Source of the DNA: the human T2T-CHM13v2.0 reference genome, Homo sapiens
Direction: 5' to 3'
DNA: 64,000 nucleotides
Assembly (NCBI GenBank): GCA_009914755.4
Contig: CP068257.2
Span: 43,008,001 to 43,072,000 of the forward strand
Positions 14,401-27,941 of this stretch are shown in pieces (the stretch's first letter is position 1; the number at the start of each line of letters is the position of its first letter). Made by a program: the position numbers and the translations under genes. A model generated the notes under the pieces. The model was not told where the DNA came from. It was given only the letters and a program-made list of their open reading frames with translations, and searched no databases.

Positions 14401-17230
14401 GATGTATACAAAAAGTAGATATAAAAGGGAATAACTAAGAATACTAAACCAAAAAGTGGCATAGAAAGAGGGCAAAGATAAAAAGGAACAGATGGAACAA
14501 ATAGAATACAATTAGCAAAGTGATATTTTGCTAATATTAAATTAAATGCAAATTAATTTATTAAATTAAATTAAATGCAAATCATCTAAACACCAAAACC
14601 AAAAAACAGAGATTTTTAATTGGATTAAATAATTCAGGACCCAACTATATTCTATCTACCAGAAGACTCACATTAAATATAAAAAACATAGATAGGTTAA
14701 AAGTAAACAGATGGAAAAATACACCACACAAACATTAATCAAGTAAAATTGGAATGGCTATATTAATATCAAAGTCAACTTCACAAAAGAAATATTACCA
14801 AGGATAAAAAGGAATATTACATAATGATAAAGCATCAATTCACCATGGACACGTAACAATTCTAAATGTGTAAGCACCAAACAGCCAACTTTCCAAACAC
14901 ATGCAACAAAAAAACTGAGAAGGGAAAGGAAAAACAGATAAATCAGATTTGTCATTGGACTTCAGCTTCAAGAGAACAAGTAGACAGAAAATCAGGAAGG
15001 ATACAGAAGGCCTGGACAACACTGTCAATCAACTTGACCTAATGGATATTGACAGAACACTCCACCCAACAATAACAGATACACATTCTTTTCAAGCACA
15101 TGAAACATTCACCAAAAAGACTATATTGTGCCATAAAATAAACTTCAACCCATGTAAAAAAGTTGAACTAATACAATGTATGTTCTCTGACCACAAAGAA
15201 ATTCAATTAGACATTAACACCAAAAGGATAGCGAGAAACACCCTGCAGAACTGTAAAGTAACCGACACACTTCTAAATAACCCATGGTTCAAAGAAGAAT
15301 CACAAGAGAATTTAGAAAATATTTTGAATTAAATACAAATTAAAAGACAACATGTCAAAATATATGGAACATGGCTAAAATAGTGTTTAGAGGGATAAAA
15401 TTATATCATTAAGTGCTTATATTCACAAAGAAGAAAGTCCTGAAATCAATTATCTAAGTTTGCACTTTAAAGAAAAAAAGAAAATTAAACTCAAAATTAG
15501 CAAAAGAAATGAAATAATTAAAAATCTGAAAAAAAAAAATGAAGTAGAAAATGGAAAAGAATTCAATGAAAGCAAAAGCTGCTTCTTTGAAAAGAACAAT
15601 GAAATGAATAAGCATCTAGCCAGACTGAGCGGTAAAATTATAATAAAAAGAAAAAAAAAGACACAAAATAGCAATATTAGGAGTGAAGAAGAGACATCAT
15701 TACAAATCTTACAATTATTAAAAACATGATACAGGAATGATGTAAACAACTTCATACCATTAAATTTGATAACATACATAAAACTGGCACATTTTTAAAA
15801 GACAAAAGTATGAAAGCTTATTCCAGAGAAGTAGGTAGCCTGAATAGTATCATATCTATTAAAGAAGTTGAATTTTCAGTTAAAATCTTTCAACAAATAA
15901 AACTAGGGGCAAATGGCCTCCCTGGAAAATTCTACCAAACATTTAAAGAGGAAATATAACCAATTCTACATGAACTCTTCCAGAAAATAGAAGGAAAGGA
16001 ATCATTCCCGATTAAATTCATAGAGCCAGCATAATCTTGATATCAAATTTGAACAAAAGTATTATAGTACATAGTATATAGAAAACTATATACTATTAAT
16101 AATATCTCTTATGAATATAGATGCAAAATTCTCAACCAAATACTAGCAAATTAAATCCAGAAATATGTAAAAGAGATAAAAGGTCGTGATCATGTGAGAT
16201 TTATCCCAAGAATGCAAGGTTGGTTCAGTGTTAAAAAATCAACTTATAATTCACCATATCAACAGACTAAAGAGGAAGCACCATATTATTATCTCAATAG
16301 ATTCAGAAAAGGCTTTTGACAAAATTCAACATCCATTCAGAATAAAAACTGCTAGCAAACTAGAAATTAAAAGGAACTTCTTTTAAAGAGCATCTATGAA
16401 AAACCTATAGCTAATATCATACTTAATGATGAAAGACTATATGCTTTCCCCTTAAAATCAACAACAAAGCAAGAACATTCACTTTTGCCTCTGCTATTTA
16501 TTACCATACTGGACTTCCTAAACAGTGAAGTAAAAAGCATGCAGCCTGGAAAGAAAGAAATAACACAGTCTCTATTAACATATTACATTATTGTCTACCT
16601 AGAAAATCCCCAAAATTCTACAATAAAGCTACAAGAACTAGTAAGTGAATTTAACAAGGTCAAAGAAAAAATGCCAATATACAAAAATCGATTTTATTTT
16701 AATATACTAGCAATGAACAATCAGAAATTGAAACTTAAAAATAGTACCATAATAGCATTAAACTTATAAAATACTTAGGGATAAATTCTGGGGGAAATAT
16801 ATAAAATGTATACATTGAAAACTACAAAATATTGATGAGAAGAATCAGAGAAAACCTAAATAAATAGACCATGTTATGGATTGCTGGATATGTCGACTCT
16901 CCCCAAATTGATCTATATAGTTTCAATACACTCCCAATCAAAATCTCAGCACAAATTCTGTAGATATTGATAAGCTTATTCAAATATCTATATGGAAAGA
17001 CAAAGAAACTAGAGTAGCCTAAACAACTTCTTAAAAGAAGAACAAAATTGGAGAACTCACACTAGCTGATTTCAAGACCTACTATAAAGCTGCATTTATC
17101 AGGGCAGGATGGTGTTGGCAAAAAGATACTTAGCATATGACCCAGCTATTCCACTCCTAGACATTTACCCAAGAGAGAGAAACAAATACGTCCATGCAAA
17201 AACCTGGACTTGCTAACACATGCCCCATGT
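14400..17230 (+). mobile_element. Old L1 fragment (ORF2 endonuclease and reverse-transcriptase regions)
   Basis: ORF 14949..15332 translates to an L1 ORF2-like peptide (...LNNPWFKEE...). Downstream frames are RT-like (FYQTFKEEI...). The 3' L1 tail ends around 17230. Confidence 0.65.
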
Positions 17231-17689
17231 GGAGCACTAGCATCACAGAACTTGGGCTCCAAGTGGCCCTGAGGGCCACAGCTCCAGAGGGCGGGGGCTG
17301 AGCCAGGCCTCATCCATGCTTCTCTGTGCACAGGGCAGGTAGGTTCTCTAGAAGCATTTTTTGGTTACCAACCCTCCCTCCTCTCATGCTCTGATTTCCA
17401 GTTTGACCTCTAACTCCCAGCCTGGGGGACCAGAGTGCTTACGTGTGTGCATAAGTGTGTGCACGTTGTATAGTGCACACATTGGGTGTGTTCATGGATT
17501 CGAATGTGTTCGGCTGCAAGCATTTATATGTCTGGGTTGATTGGTTCCATTTCTCACTCAGTTTTATCCAAAGCCTCCCAGTTTAAACTACACAATAGGT
17601 CCCTGACCACCTTGCCTAAAAGATGATGAAACCAGTTTTTTAACCCTAAACTCAACACTTGCCTCCAAGGCAAATAAAAATCTTGGAAT

Positions 17690-18140
17690 CGAAGGCAGCC
17701 AGTAGTGAGAACGTTCTTCAGGGGACAGTTCTGGGCTATGCTATCTGGAATAGCAGACTCCTGGGGCAAGAGGGCTGGCCCATCTACTGGGGAACGTTTA
17801 ACCTGAGACAGTCACAGCAGAGCCCCCCAGGAGGGGAATACAGCCCAGACAGGGGAAATGCAGAAGAATGCTACCAGCACAACGCAGACTGGGAAAAGCA
17901 AGTTCCAGATTACATTCTGAATAATTCCCTTTTCATATCACCAGAAATTACTAAATTAGAAAACACCCATTTCAGGAATACATAGAGATATGACTCAACT
18001 CTATTTTTTCTAGAAAGTAACAGAATAAGGAGCACACAATCCCAACAGTGGCTGCCCCAAGAAGTTCTTGGTAAATTATTGATGATGTTCTCATTTCTAT
18101 GTCAGGCAGTGGGTTCATGGGGGTTTATTATATTAGGATC
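17690..18140 (+). repeat. L1 5'UTR-like segment, duplicated at 22270..22680
   Basis: About 90% identity by eye to 22270-22680 (…ttcccttttcatatcaccagaaattactaaattagaaaacacccatttcaggaatacatagagatatgactcaactctattttttctagaaagtaacagaataagg…). Confidence 0.6.
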
Positions 18141-18623
18141 CTCAGTAATTGATCATCAGTCAATCAATAAAAACCAAGCCTTTGTGGACCAGTGATGGGA
18201 GTGTGTGCTGCAGAACTAATCCAGTTCTGTAAACCTGAGATCCTCCGCGACCTGGGAAACAGGACGTCCACCAACCACATCAGAAAACCCAATCGTCAAT
18301 GCTCTGAGGCTTTGGCCATCAATGCAGGGCTTGTTGGCCTGGAGCAGGAGTGGACAGCCAGTGGGGAAGCGAGACCACTCTACCACAGGCGGGTAAGTCA
18401 CTTCTGTGGCCACTGCACCTGGGCCCCAGGAGCCCTGGGAGAGACCACATGGGCATCTGCAGCTGTGCCCTCCACCCAGGACACCACCTTCTGATGAGCA
18501 CTGGGTGAAGGATCACTGAAGAGGGTTTAGCAGCAAATTCTATGTAATCAGCAGAATAGATAGCAGGGAGTATGGAAATAAAAAAGAAAGACCAGAAATG
18601 CAGAGCTGCATGGGGAAAGCTGG

Positions 18624-18629
18624 TTTATT
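18624..18629 (-). terminator. Polyadenylation signal (AATAAA on minus strand) for KRTAP12-2
   Basis: Plus-strand ggtttatttgg lies about 235 nt downstream (minus sense) of the stop at 18864. Confidence 0.55.
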
Positions 18630-18863
18630 TGGCTCTCATGGGGTCAGAGAATGACTCTGGGACCCCAGACTTCCCTGGGGGGATGGGCAAGGTCAGCAAG
18701 GGCTCCAGATCATTCTGTCACATTCTCAATCCAGAATTCAGAGGGTTCAACTGAGCATGCTTTTCACCTGCACCATGTGCAGAAGACCAACTGAGGACTC
18801 ATCCAGGGAGTGTACAGGTGTGGCCTCATCTGCACTGGGAGCAGCGGGTCTGGAGATTCATGC

Positions 18864-19304
18864 TCAGCAGCAGGAAGGGATACTGTAGGAGATGGGTCTG
18901 CAGAGGACGCTGGTGCAGGAGGGCTGGCAGCACCCAGAGGACTGGCAGGACGGAGCCGCATACACGACAGGCCTGCAGCTCACAGGCACGCACAGGGAGG
19001 ACTGGCAGGAGGGGGCTGCACACACAATGGGCCTGCAGCTCACAGGCACACACACAGAAGACTGGCAGCTCACGGGCACGCACACAGCTGACTTGAAGCT
19101 CATGGGCACACACACAGAAGACTGGCAGCTCACGGGCAGGCACACGGCTGGCTTGAAGCTCACGGGCACACACACGGAGGACTGGCAGCCCACAGGCACA
19201 CAGCAGGATGCCTGGCAGCGGCTGGGCACACAACAGGCTGGCTGGCAGGGGCTGGGCATGCAGCAGGCTGGCTGGCAGCCCGAGGAGCAGCTGGTATGAC
19301 ACAT
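18864..19304 (-). CDS. KRTAP12-2: Keratin-associated protein 12-2 (146 aa, single exon)
   Basis: Taken from the internal Met (MCHTSCSSGCQPACCMPSPCQPACCVPSRCQASCC...SCC), the ORF is 146 aa, as is KRTAP12-2. Relative to the 12-1 paralog it carries an extra 50-aa block of five CQSSVCVP(V/M)S(F/C)K(P/S)AVC-type decapeptides. Confidence 0.8.
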   Translation of the reverse strand: MCHTSCSSGCQPACCMPSPCQPACCVPSRCQASCCVPVGCQSSVCVPVSFKPAVCLPVSCQSSVCVPMSFKSAVCVPVSCQSSVCVPVSCRPIVCAAPSCQSSLCVPVSCRPVVYAAPSCQSSGCCQPSCTSVLCRPISYSIPSCC

Positions 19305-19372
19305 GGTGGCGTGTGGCTGGATAAGGTCGAGGCAGAGGGCAGTGATGTCTGGGGACGGCCTCCCTGGGTAGC

Positions 19373-19379
19373 CTTTATA
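19373..19379 (-). promoter_or_regulatory. TATA box (ggtataaaggctac on minus strand) of KRTAP12-2
   Basis: Plus-strand gcctttatacc lies about 70 bp upstream of the ATG. Confidence 0.7.
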
Positions 19380-20159
19380 CCTGGACCCAGGCATCCCCAC
19401 AACACAGAAGCACACCTGTCTTCCTTGTTTTTCTTCCTCAGTGCTGTCTCCTGGAGCTTAATTTTCTGTTGTAGGTGTCTCTGGGTTTTGTTTGGCCCTT
19501 AGCTTCATGACTAATTGCACCTTCTTCGAACTCTTGGTATGCTTGGAAACCTGCCAGAGTGTTTTACTGGCTTCATCTAGATTCTTCCTTGTTCTTTAAA
19601 ATTTTACCTGAGTTACTTTTGTGAGATTCCAAAAACTCAGATCTCCAGATTTTTTTCCTCTCTGCGTGATGATGGTCCTTAAACCACAGAAGTTTACACT
19701 CCTCTCATGGCTCAGGAAGGCTCCATAGTCAATGTGAGGTAGAACAGGACGTGTCTAGCTGATCTGTGGGTGTCCTGAGAGCTTAGAGCTGGATGAGAGC
19801 TAGCAGATGGAGGAAGAACATGGAAATCACTTGTCCATAGGATGAGTGGGGACAAAGGGTGTGGGTCACAGAGAACTTCTTGTGAGTGGTGACCATGGAT
19901 CTTTGTCTTGAGAAATCCTCCTAGTTAAGAACCAAGATGAGACAACACCACTGGCCCTCATGCATGGAGACACAGCTCTAAGGAAATCAAGCTGGTCCAA
20001 GCATGTTCCCAGGGAAGCATGTGAGGCCAGTGAAGGGTCCCATGGACAGCCACAGCAGGATATGTGTGAGCTGAATATAGAAGGTTCCAAGGGCCAGAAT
20101 GACTTCTGGGTATGTTCAGCAGAAAGCCATGTGCACCCTGTACTGCAGGGACAGTAGAA

Positions 20160-21560
20160 TCTCTGAGCCTACAGATGTCAACACCAGATCACTTGGAACT
20201 TGGCATCATGATAACAGAATGAAGGAAAAAACCACGTGATCATCTCAATTGATATAGAAAAGGCATTTCACAAAATTCAAGATTCTTTCATGATGACAAC
20301 AATCAACAAACCAAGAATAGAAGAAAACTACCTCAACACAATACAAGCCATACATGAAAGACCCACAGCAAGCCTCATACCCACTGGTGAAAAACTGAAG
20401 GCTTTTTCTCTAATATTGGGAACAAAGCCAGCATAGTACTAGAAGTTTTACTAAGAGCAACTAGGCAATTGTTTTTAAAAGGAAGAAAGAAAGAAACAAA
20501 AAGCATCCAAATTGAAAAGCAAGAAGTAAAGTTAGCTGTGTTCACAGATGACATGATTTTTATATGTAGAAAACTCTAAATATTCCACACACAAAAATTT
20601 TAGAATAAATGAATTCAGCAAAGTAGCAGGATACAAAAGCAAAACACAAAAATCAGTTCTATTTCCATAAACTAACAAGCATAATCTCAAAAGGAAAGTA
20701 CAATAACAATTCCATTTACAATACATTAAAAAGAACAAAATACTCAGGAGTTAACCAAAGAATTAAAATAATTGTGTAACAAAAACTACAAAACGTTGAA
20801 AGAAATTAAAGGCAACAGAAATAAATGGAAACACATCCCATGTTCATGAATTGGAAATTAATATTGTTAACATGTCCATACTAACCAAAGCAATCTACAG
20901 ATTCAATGCAATCCCTGTCAAAATCCCAAGGACATTTCTTGCAGAAATAGAAAAACCCATCCTAAAGTTTATGTGGAGTCTCAAGGGACCCTAAATAGCC
21001 AAATCAATCTTAAGAAAAGAATAGAGCTGGAGGAGTCACACTTTCTGATTTCAAAACTTACTACAAAGCTACACTAATCAAAACTGTGGTACTGGCATAA
21101 AGACCAATATATAGACTAATGGAATAGCATAGAGAGCCCAGAAATAAACTCTCACAACTACAGTCAAATAATTTTCGGCAAGGCTGTCAAGACCTTTCAG
21201 TGAGGGAAGAACAGACTTTTTAACAAATGGCAGTGGGAAAACAGGATATCCACACACAAAAGATTATTTTTAACCCTTACCTCACACCATATACAAAATT
21301 AACTCAAGATCAAAGATAGAGAATCTCAGTAGGGAAATTGAAACTATTTTTTAAATGGGAATGCTAGAACTAAAATGTACAATAGCTGATATTTTAAAAT
21401 CCACATGATAGACGTAAATATAGAATGAGATTGAAGAAGAGTTCATGAACTTGAAGCACTTCAATAGAAATTATCCAAAATGAAGGAGAGGAAGAAAAAG
21501 AATTAAGAAAAATGAAAAGAGCCTGTGAGACATCATTAAACAGCATCACATATATGTAAT
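20160..21560 (+). mobile_element. L1 fragment (ORF2 RT/C-terminal region)
   Basis: Frames translate to L1 ORF2-like peptides (…AFHKIQDSFMMTTINK…; …FADDMIFICRKL…; …YYKATLIKTVVLA…). Confidence 0.65.
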
Positions 21561-21568
21561 ATCAAACT

Positions 21569-21865
<297 letters not shown>

Positions 21866-24706
21866 ACTGGGCATTCTCCCCTAAAACACAAAGCTACAAA
21901 CACAGAGCCTCCTCCACCCCTCAGCATCAAGGGGGCAAGGGTGAGGGGTTGGAGGGCTGTACTTTCAGTTAAAGAGAGGCTAGCTGTGTGCCTGCAGTAT
22001 GGACTAAGGAGCCTGGAGCCTGGACTGAGGCTGCCAGGCTGAAAACCGAGACCATGACATCAGGTTCCAGCACACTCCATTGCTACTGGCAACAGCCATC
22101 CCAGTATTCCCACCATTCTCCTCCTCGGCTTACGGATCACCCGCAGGAGGTGGCGTGCCTTGTTGGGATGAACATCCGGATGCCCTTTGCCCCAGCAGTC
22201 CCACCCCCAGAGGTCCTACCCCCAGAACACTAACAAACAAATTGTGGAATAGGTTTGCAAATGTTTATATCAGCACCATCTGTAATAGCAGACTCTTGGG
22301 AACAACAGGCCTGCCCATCTACTGGGGGGCATTTAACCTGAAGTAGAAACAGCAGAACCCCAGGAAGGAGGCATGCTGAATACAGAATACACCCACAAGA
22401 AATGCAGAGGACCCTTAGCAACTCTGTACAGAGTGGGAGACATAAGTCTCAGAAGATTACTCAGAATAATTCCCTTTTAATATCATTCAAAACCACTAAA
22501 TTAGAAAACACACATTTCAGGAATACAAAGAGATATGACTCAACTCTATTTTTTCTAGAAAGTAACAGAATAAGGGGCACATAATCCCAACAGTGGCTGC
22601 CCCAAGAAGTTCATGGTAAATTATTGATGATGTTCTAGTTTCTGTGTCAGGTAGTGGGTTCATGGTTCATAGGTGGGGGGGTTGTTATAATCATTAATAA
22701 TTGATCAATCAGTAAAAAGTGGGCAGGCTCAAGAGGGCTGACTAGAGGCACCTGACCCTTGCCTCTTCCACAAAGAACCCAAAAGAGTGAGAGGTAACAA
22801 CATTTTGAATGGGACATCTGAGAGAGACACTGGAATTCAGCAAAGAAGCGACTGGAATTCAGCAAAGAAGCGACAGGAAATATCTGAGGCACAGAAGGCA
22901 AGGGAAGGGAGGCAGCTGGCCCAGCTAGAATCAGTCGGGAGCCCACAGAGACTCCCCAGTCCAGGGAAATGGTAAATGAGAGATTCCCAGCTGTCTACAT
23001 TTCCACCATGGATTCAGCATGGACCTGAAACCCTAGCCATGGGAGAGCCTCTTATTCTTCACATGCCCTGAGACTTACATAGGGATTTGCCAGGATGCCA
23101 CATAATGGCATTGCTCCAGAGAAAGAGCCCACACTGGGTCTCACACACCCACCAAGTCCTGAGCAGCTGTAGCATGGTGCCATTTTGAGAGCCCAGCCCC
23201 TAAAAGTCTGCATCCTGCCCTGGGGCCCAACAGATCTTGTATCTCCACATCCCTTCAGCTCTGCCGAATCCCACAACCCCCACCAACCCAAGAGGGCTGC
23301 AGGAGTGCAATACCAGCTGGATGCATCAATAAGGCAGGGGTTCATGAACTTGCATGTACCCTGAGTACAGGCTTTCCCCACCCACCATCATAAATTACCC
23401 CACACTATTCACCATAGCCTGTGTCCATGCACACTGTGTGGCCTGGCACTGCACCCTCAGTGCCTAAGCATACCATCTGGGGGCCTGGTGGTCCCCCCCA
23501 ACCCATTCTACCAATGCCAGCCATCTATGCACTCCTCCCAGGGACCTGAGGATGTGCCCACCCAGCATGCCACTACCACCAGCGCTCACTTGCATGTGCC
23601 ACCTGGGAGCTTGGGGACTGGCTTGCCCAGCCTGTCACAACCACCACTTATATTAGGAAGTGCTGTCTGAGAGCCCAAAGGCTGTCCCACCATTGCTACT
23701 ACCATCATCCATGTCAGGCACACTGCCCAGCGGCCCAAGGACCCATCCATGCATCCAACCCACTGCTGCCACTGCTAGCACATAAGCAAGCTGTCTGGAG
23801 GCCCAAGAATCAGCCTGCCTGGACATGGTAACACCAGTGCCAGCATATGCTACTCAGGGGCCTAAGGACAGGCACATTTGGCCCACTGCTGCCACCACTG
23901 GGGCCTGAGATTTGGCCAACCTGGTGTTTCTGACCCCAGAAAAGCCTCACCACAGCCTCCACTGACAACCACAGCCAAGCTGCTGAGGAAATCACAAACA
24001 CTAGTGATGCTGTTCACAGCCAAAGAAATCATACAGAGACTAAACTACTGCATGCACCCAGAATCATAGCTAAAGTATTCCAACCAGCCACCGCCATAGA
24101 CACATCTGCAGGAAAAAGTCTTCTCATAAAAAAGCCAGTCCCCAAAATTGGAAGAATTGATTGTTATGTCAGATGTGCAGATATCAATATAAGGACTCAA
24201 GAAACATGAAAAAACAAGGAAATGTCACACCTCCAAAGGGACACAAGAATTGTGCAACAGATTCAAATGAAAAAGAAATGTATGAATTACCAGAAAAATA
24301 ATTCAAAATAATGATATTAAGGATATTCTGTGAGATATAAGATAACATGGATAAACTATACAAATAAACCAGAAAAACAATTCAGGATATGAATGAGAAA
24401 ATCACCAAAGAGACAGATATCATAACCAAAGAATCCAACAGAAATCCTGGAAATGAATAATTCAATACATGAAATAAAAAATCCATTTGAGAGCTTCAAC
24501 AATATACCAGATCAAGCAGAAGAAAAAATTTCAGAAGTTGAAGACTGGTCTTTTGAAACAACTCAGTCAGACAAAAAGAAAAAAAGAAGAATAAACAAAG
24601 CCTATGTGACATATGGAACACTATAAAGTGAGCAAATATTCTAATATTGGATGTTCCAGAAAACAAAGAGAAGCCCAAAGGCATAGAAAGCCTATTTAGC
24701 AAAATA

Positions 24707-25010
<304 letters not shown>

Positions 25011-25079
25011 TTTAGCAAAATGATAGGTGAAAATTTCCCTAGTCTAGCAAGAGATTTAAACATTCAGATGCAGGAAGCT

Positions 25080-25470
25080 CAGAGATCCTGATATGGTTTG
25101 GATTTCTATCTCTGCCCAAATCTCGTGTTGAATTGTTATCCTCAATGCTGGAGAAGGGGCTGAGGGGGAGGGGATTGGATCATGGGGTCAGATTTCCCCC
25201 TTGCAGTTCTCCTGATAGTGAGTTCTCACGAGATCTGGTTGTTTAAATATGTGTAGCACCTCCCCCTTTTCTCTCTTCCTCCTGCTCCAGCCATGTAGGA
25301 CATTCCAGCTTCCCATTTGCCTTTTGCATTAATTATAAGTTTCCTGAGGCTTCCCAACCCACGCTCCCTGTACAGCCTGCAGAACCATGAGCCAATTAAT
25401 CCTCTTTTCTTTATAAATTACCCAGTCTCAGGTAGTTCTTTATAGCAATGCAAGAACGTACTAATACAGA
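25080..25470 (+). mobile_element. MaLR solo LTR (THE1/MST-like) inserted in L1 ORF1
   Basis: tgatatggtttggat...ccaattaatcctcttttctttataaattacccagtctcaggtagttctttatagcaatgcaagaacgtactaatacag. L1 ORF1 is collinear on both sides. Confidence 0.7.
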
Positions 25471-26429
25471 TCCCCAAATAGATACAATTCAAAAAGATCT
25501 TTTCCATGGCACATTATAGTCAAACTGTCAAAAGTCAAAGACAAGGAGAGAATTCTAAAAATAGCAAGAAGAAAGCAACTAGTCATATATAAGGAAACCC
25601 CCATCAGACTAACAGTGGATTTCTCAGCAGAAACTTTACAGGTCAGGACAGAATGGGATGATATATTCAAAGTGCTGAAAGAAAGAAACTGACAGACAAG
25701 GATACTATACTCAGCAAAATTATCCTCCATAAATAAACAGAAATAAAATCTTTCATGGACAATCAAAAGCTGAGGGTATTCATCACCACTGGACCAGCCA
25801 TACAGGAAATTCTTAAGAGAATATTACAATTCTAAATCTATATGCACCCAATACCAAAAGAGTCTGATATACAAGCAAATATTATTAGATCTAAAGGAAG
25901 AGACAGACTCCAATACAATAATAGTTGAGGACTTCAACACCCCACTCTCACCATTAGACATATCATCCAGACAGAAAATCAACAACAACAAAAAAATTGG
26001 ATTTATACTGAACTTTAAAGCAAATGGACCTAATAGGCATTTAAAGAACATTTCATCTAACAGCTGCAGAATACACATTCTTCTCATAAGCACATGGAAC
26101 ATTATTCAGGACAGACCCTATGTTTGGCCACAAAACAAGTCTCAACTAACTTTAAAAAATCAAAATAATATCAAGTATCTTCTCAGACCACAATAACTAA
26201 AACTAGATATTAATAACAAGAAGAGCTTTGGAAACTGTACAAATATGTGGAAATTGAACAACATGTTCCTAAATGGCTACTGGGTTAATGAAGACATTAA
26301 TAAGGAAATCAAAAAATTTCTCAAAAAAAAATAAAAAGGGAAACACGACATATCAAAACCTATAGGCTACAAAAATAACAGTGCTAAGAGGGACGTTAGT
26401 AGTAATAAATGCCTACATCAAAAAGGTAG

Positions 26430-26552
26430 ATGTGGTGGTGCCTATTGTCCCAGCTGCTAGGGAGGTTGAGGTGAGATGATCACTTGAGCCCAGGAGTTTA
26501 AGGCCAGTCTGAGCAACACAGTAAGACTCCATCTCAAAAAAAAAAAAAAGTA
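26430..26552 (+). mobile_element. Alu right-arm fragment
   Basis: gtggtggtgcctattgtcccagctgctagggaggttgaggtgagatgatcacttgagcccaggagtttaaggccagtctgagcaacacagtaagactccatctcaaaaaaaa. Confidence 0.7.
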
Positions 26553-26758
26553 GAAAGATTTCAAATAAACAATCCAATGATGCACCTCAAGGAACTAGAA
26601 AGGCAAGAACAAACCAAATCCAAAATTAGTAGAAGGAAAGAGACAATAAAGTATATAGCTAAACAAAATAGACTTTAAAAAAATACAAAGAAGTAACAAA
26701 ACAAAAAGTTGGTCTTTTAAAAAGATAAAAAAAAATCAATAAACAGCTAGCTAGGCTA

Positions 26759-27150
<392 letters not shown>

Positions 27151-27201
<51 letters not shown>
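27151..27201. repeat. (GT)n microsatellite, ~25 units
   Basis: Uninterrupted tgtgtg... run. Confidence 0.95.
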
Positions 27202-27204
<3 letters not shown>

Positions 27205-27941
27205 ACATTACCAGAGACTATGCTCTAAAAACTGGTAAACCTAGAGGAAATGATAATTTCCTGGACATACACAACCTACCAAGATTGAATTAAAAAAAAA
27301 AAGAAAACCTGAATAGACCAATAATGAATAACCAGATTGAATCAGTAATAAAAAGTCTCCCAGCAAAGAAGAGCCCAGGCCTGAATGGCTTCACTGCCAA
27401 ATTATACCAAACACATGAAGAACCAACACTAATTCTCCTCAAATTGTTCCAAAAAATTGAAGAGGAGGGAACTCTTCTTAACTCACTCTATGAGGCCAGA
27501 ATTACCTTGATACCGAAAGCAGACAAAAATACAGTAAAAAAAGAAAAGTACAGACCAATATCCCCAATGAACATAGATGCAAAACTCCTCAACAAAATAC
27601 TAGCAAACTGAATCCAGCAGCCCATCGAAAAGATAATATACCATGATCAAGTGGAAATTATCATACAGATGCAAGGGTGATTCAACATACACAAATCAAT
27701 AAACATGATATATCACATTAACAGAATGAAGGACAGAAAGTATATGAGCATCTCAATAGATGCAGAAAAAGCATTTGACAAAATTCAATATCCTTCATGA
27801 TAAAAACTCTCAACAAACCATGTACAGAAGAAACATACCTCAAAATAATAAAGGCCTTGTATGACAGACCCACAGCTAACATCATATTAAATGGAAAAAA
27901 GCTGAAAGCCTTTCTTGTAAGAACTGAATGAGACAAGGATG

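Larger units (their letters stand above)
18180..19500. repeat. Segmental duplicon copy A (KRTAP12-2 unit), direct repeat of 33570..34700
   Basis: Long collinear near-identity starting at cagtgatgggagtgtgtgctgcagaactaatccagttctgtaaacctgagatcctccgcgac... and running through the gene, TATA box and poly(A) signal. Confidence 0.85.
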
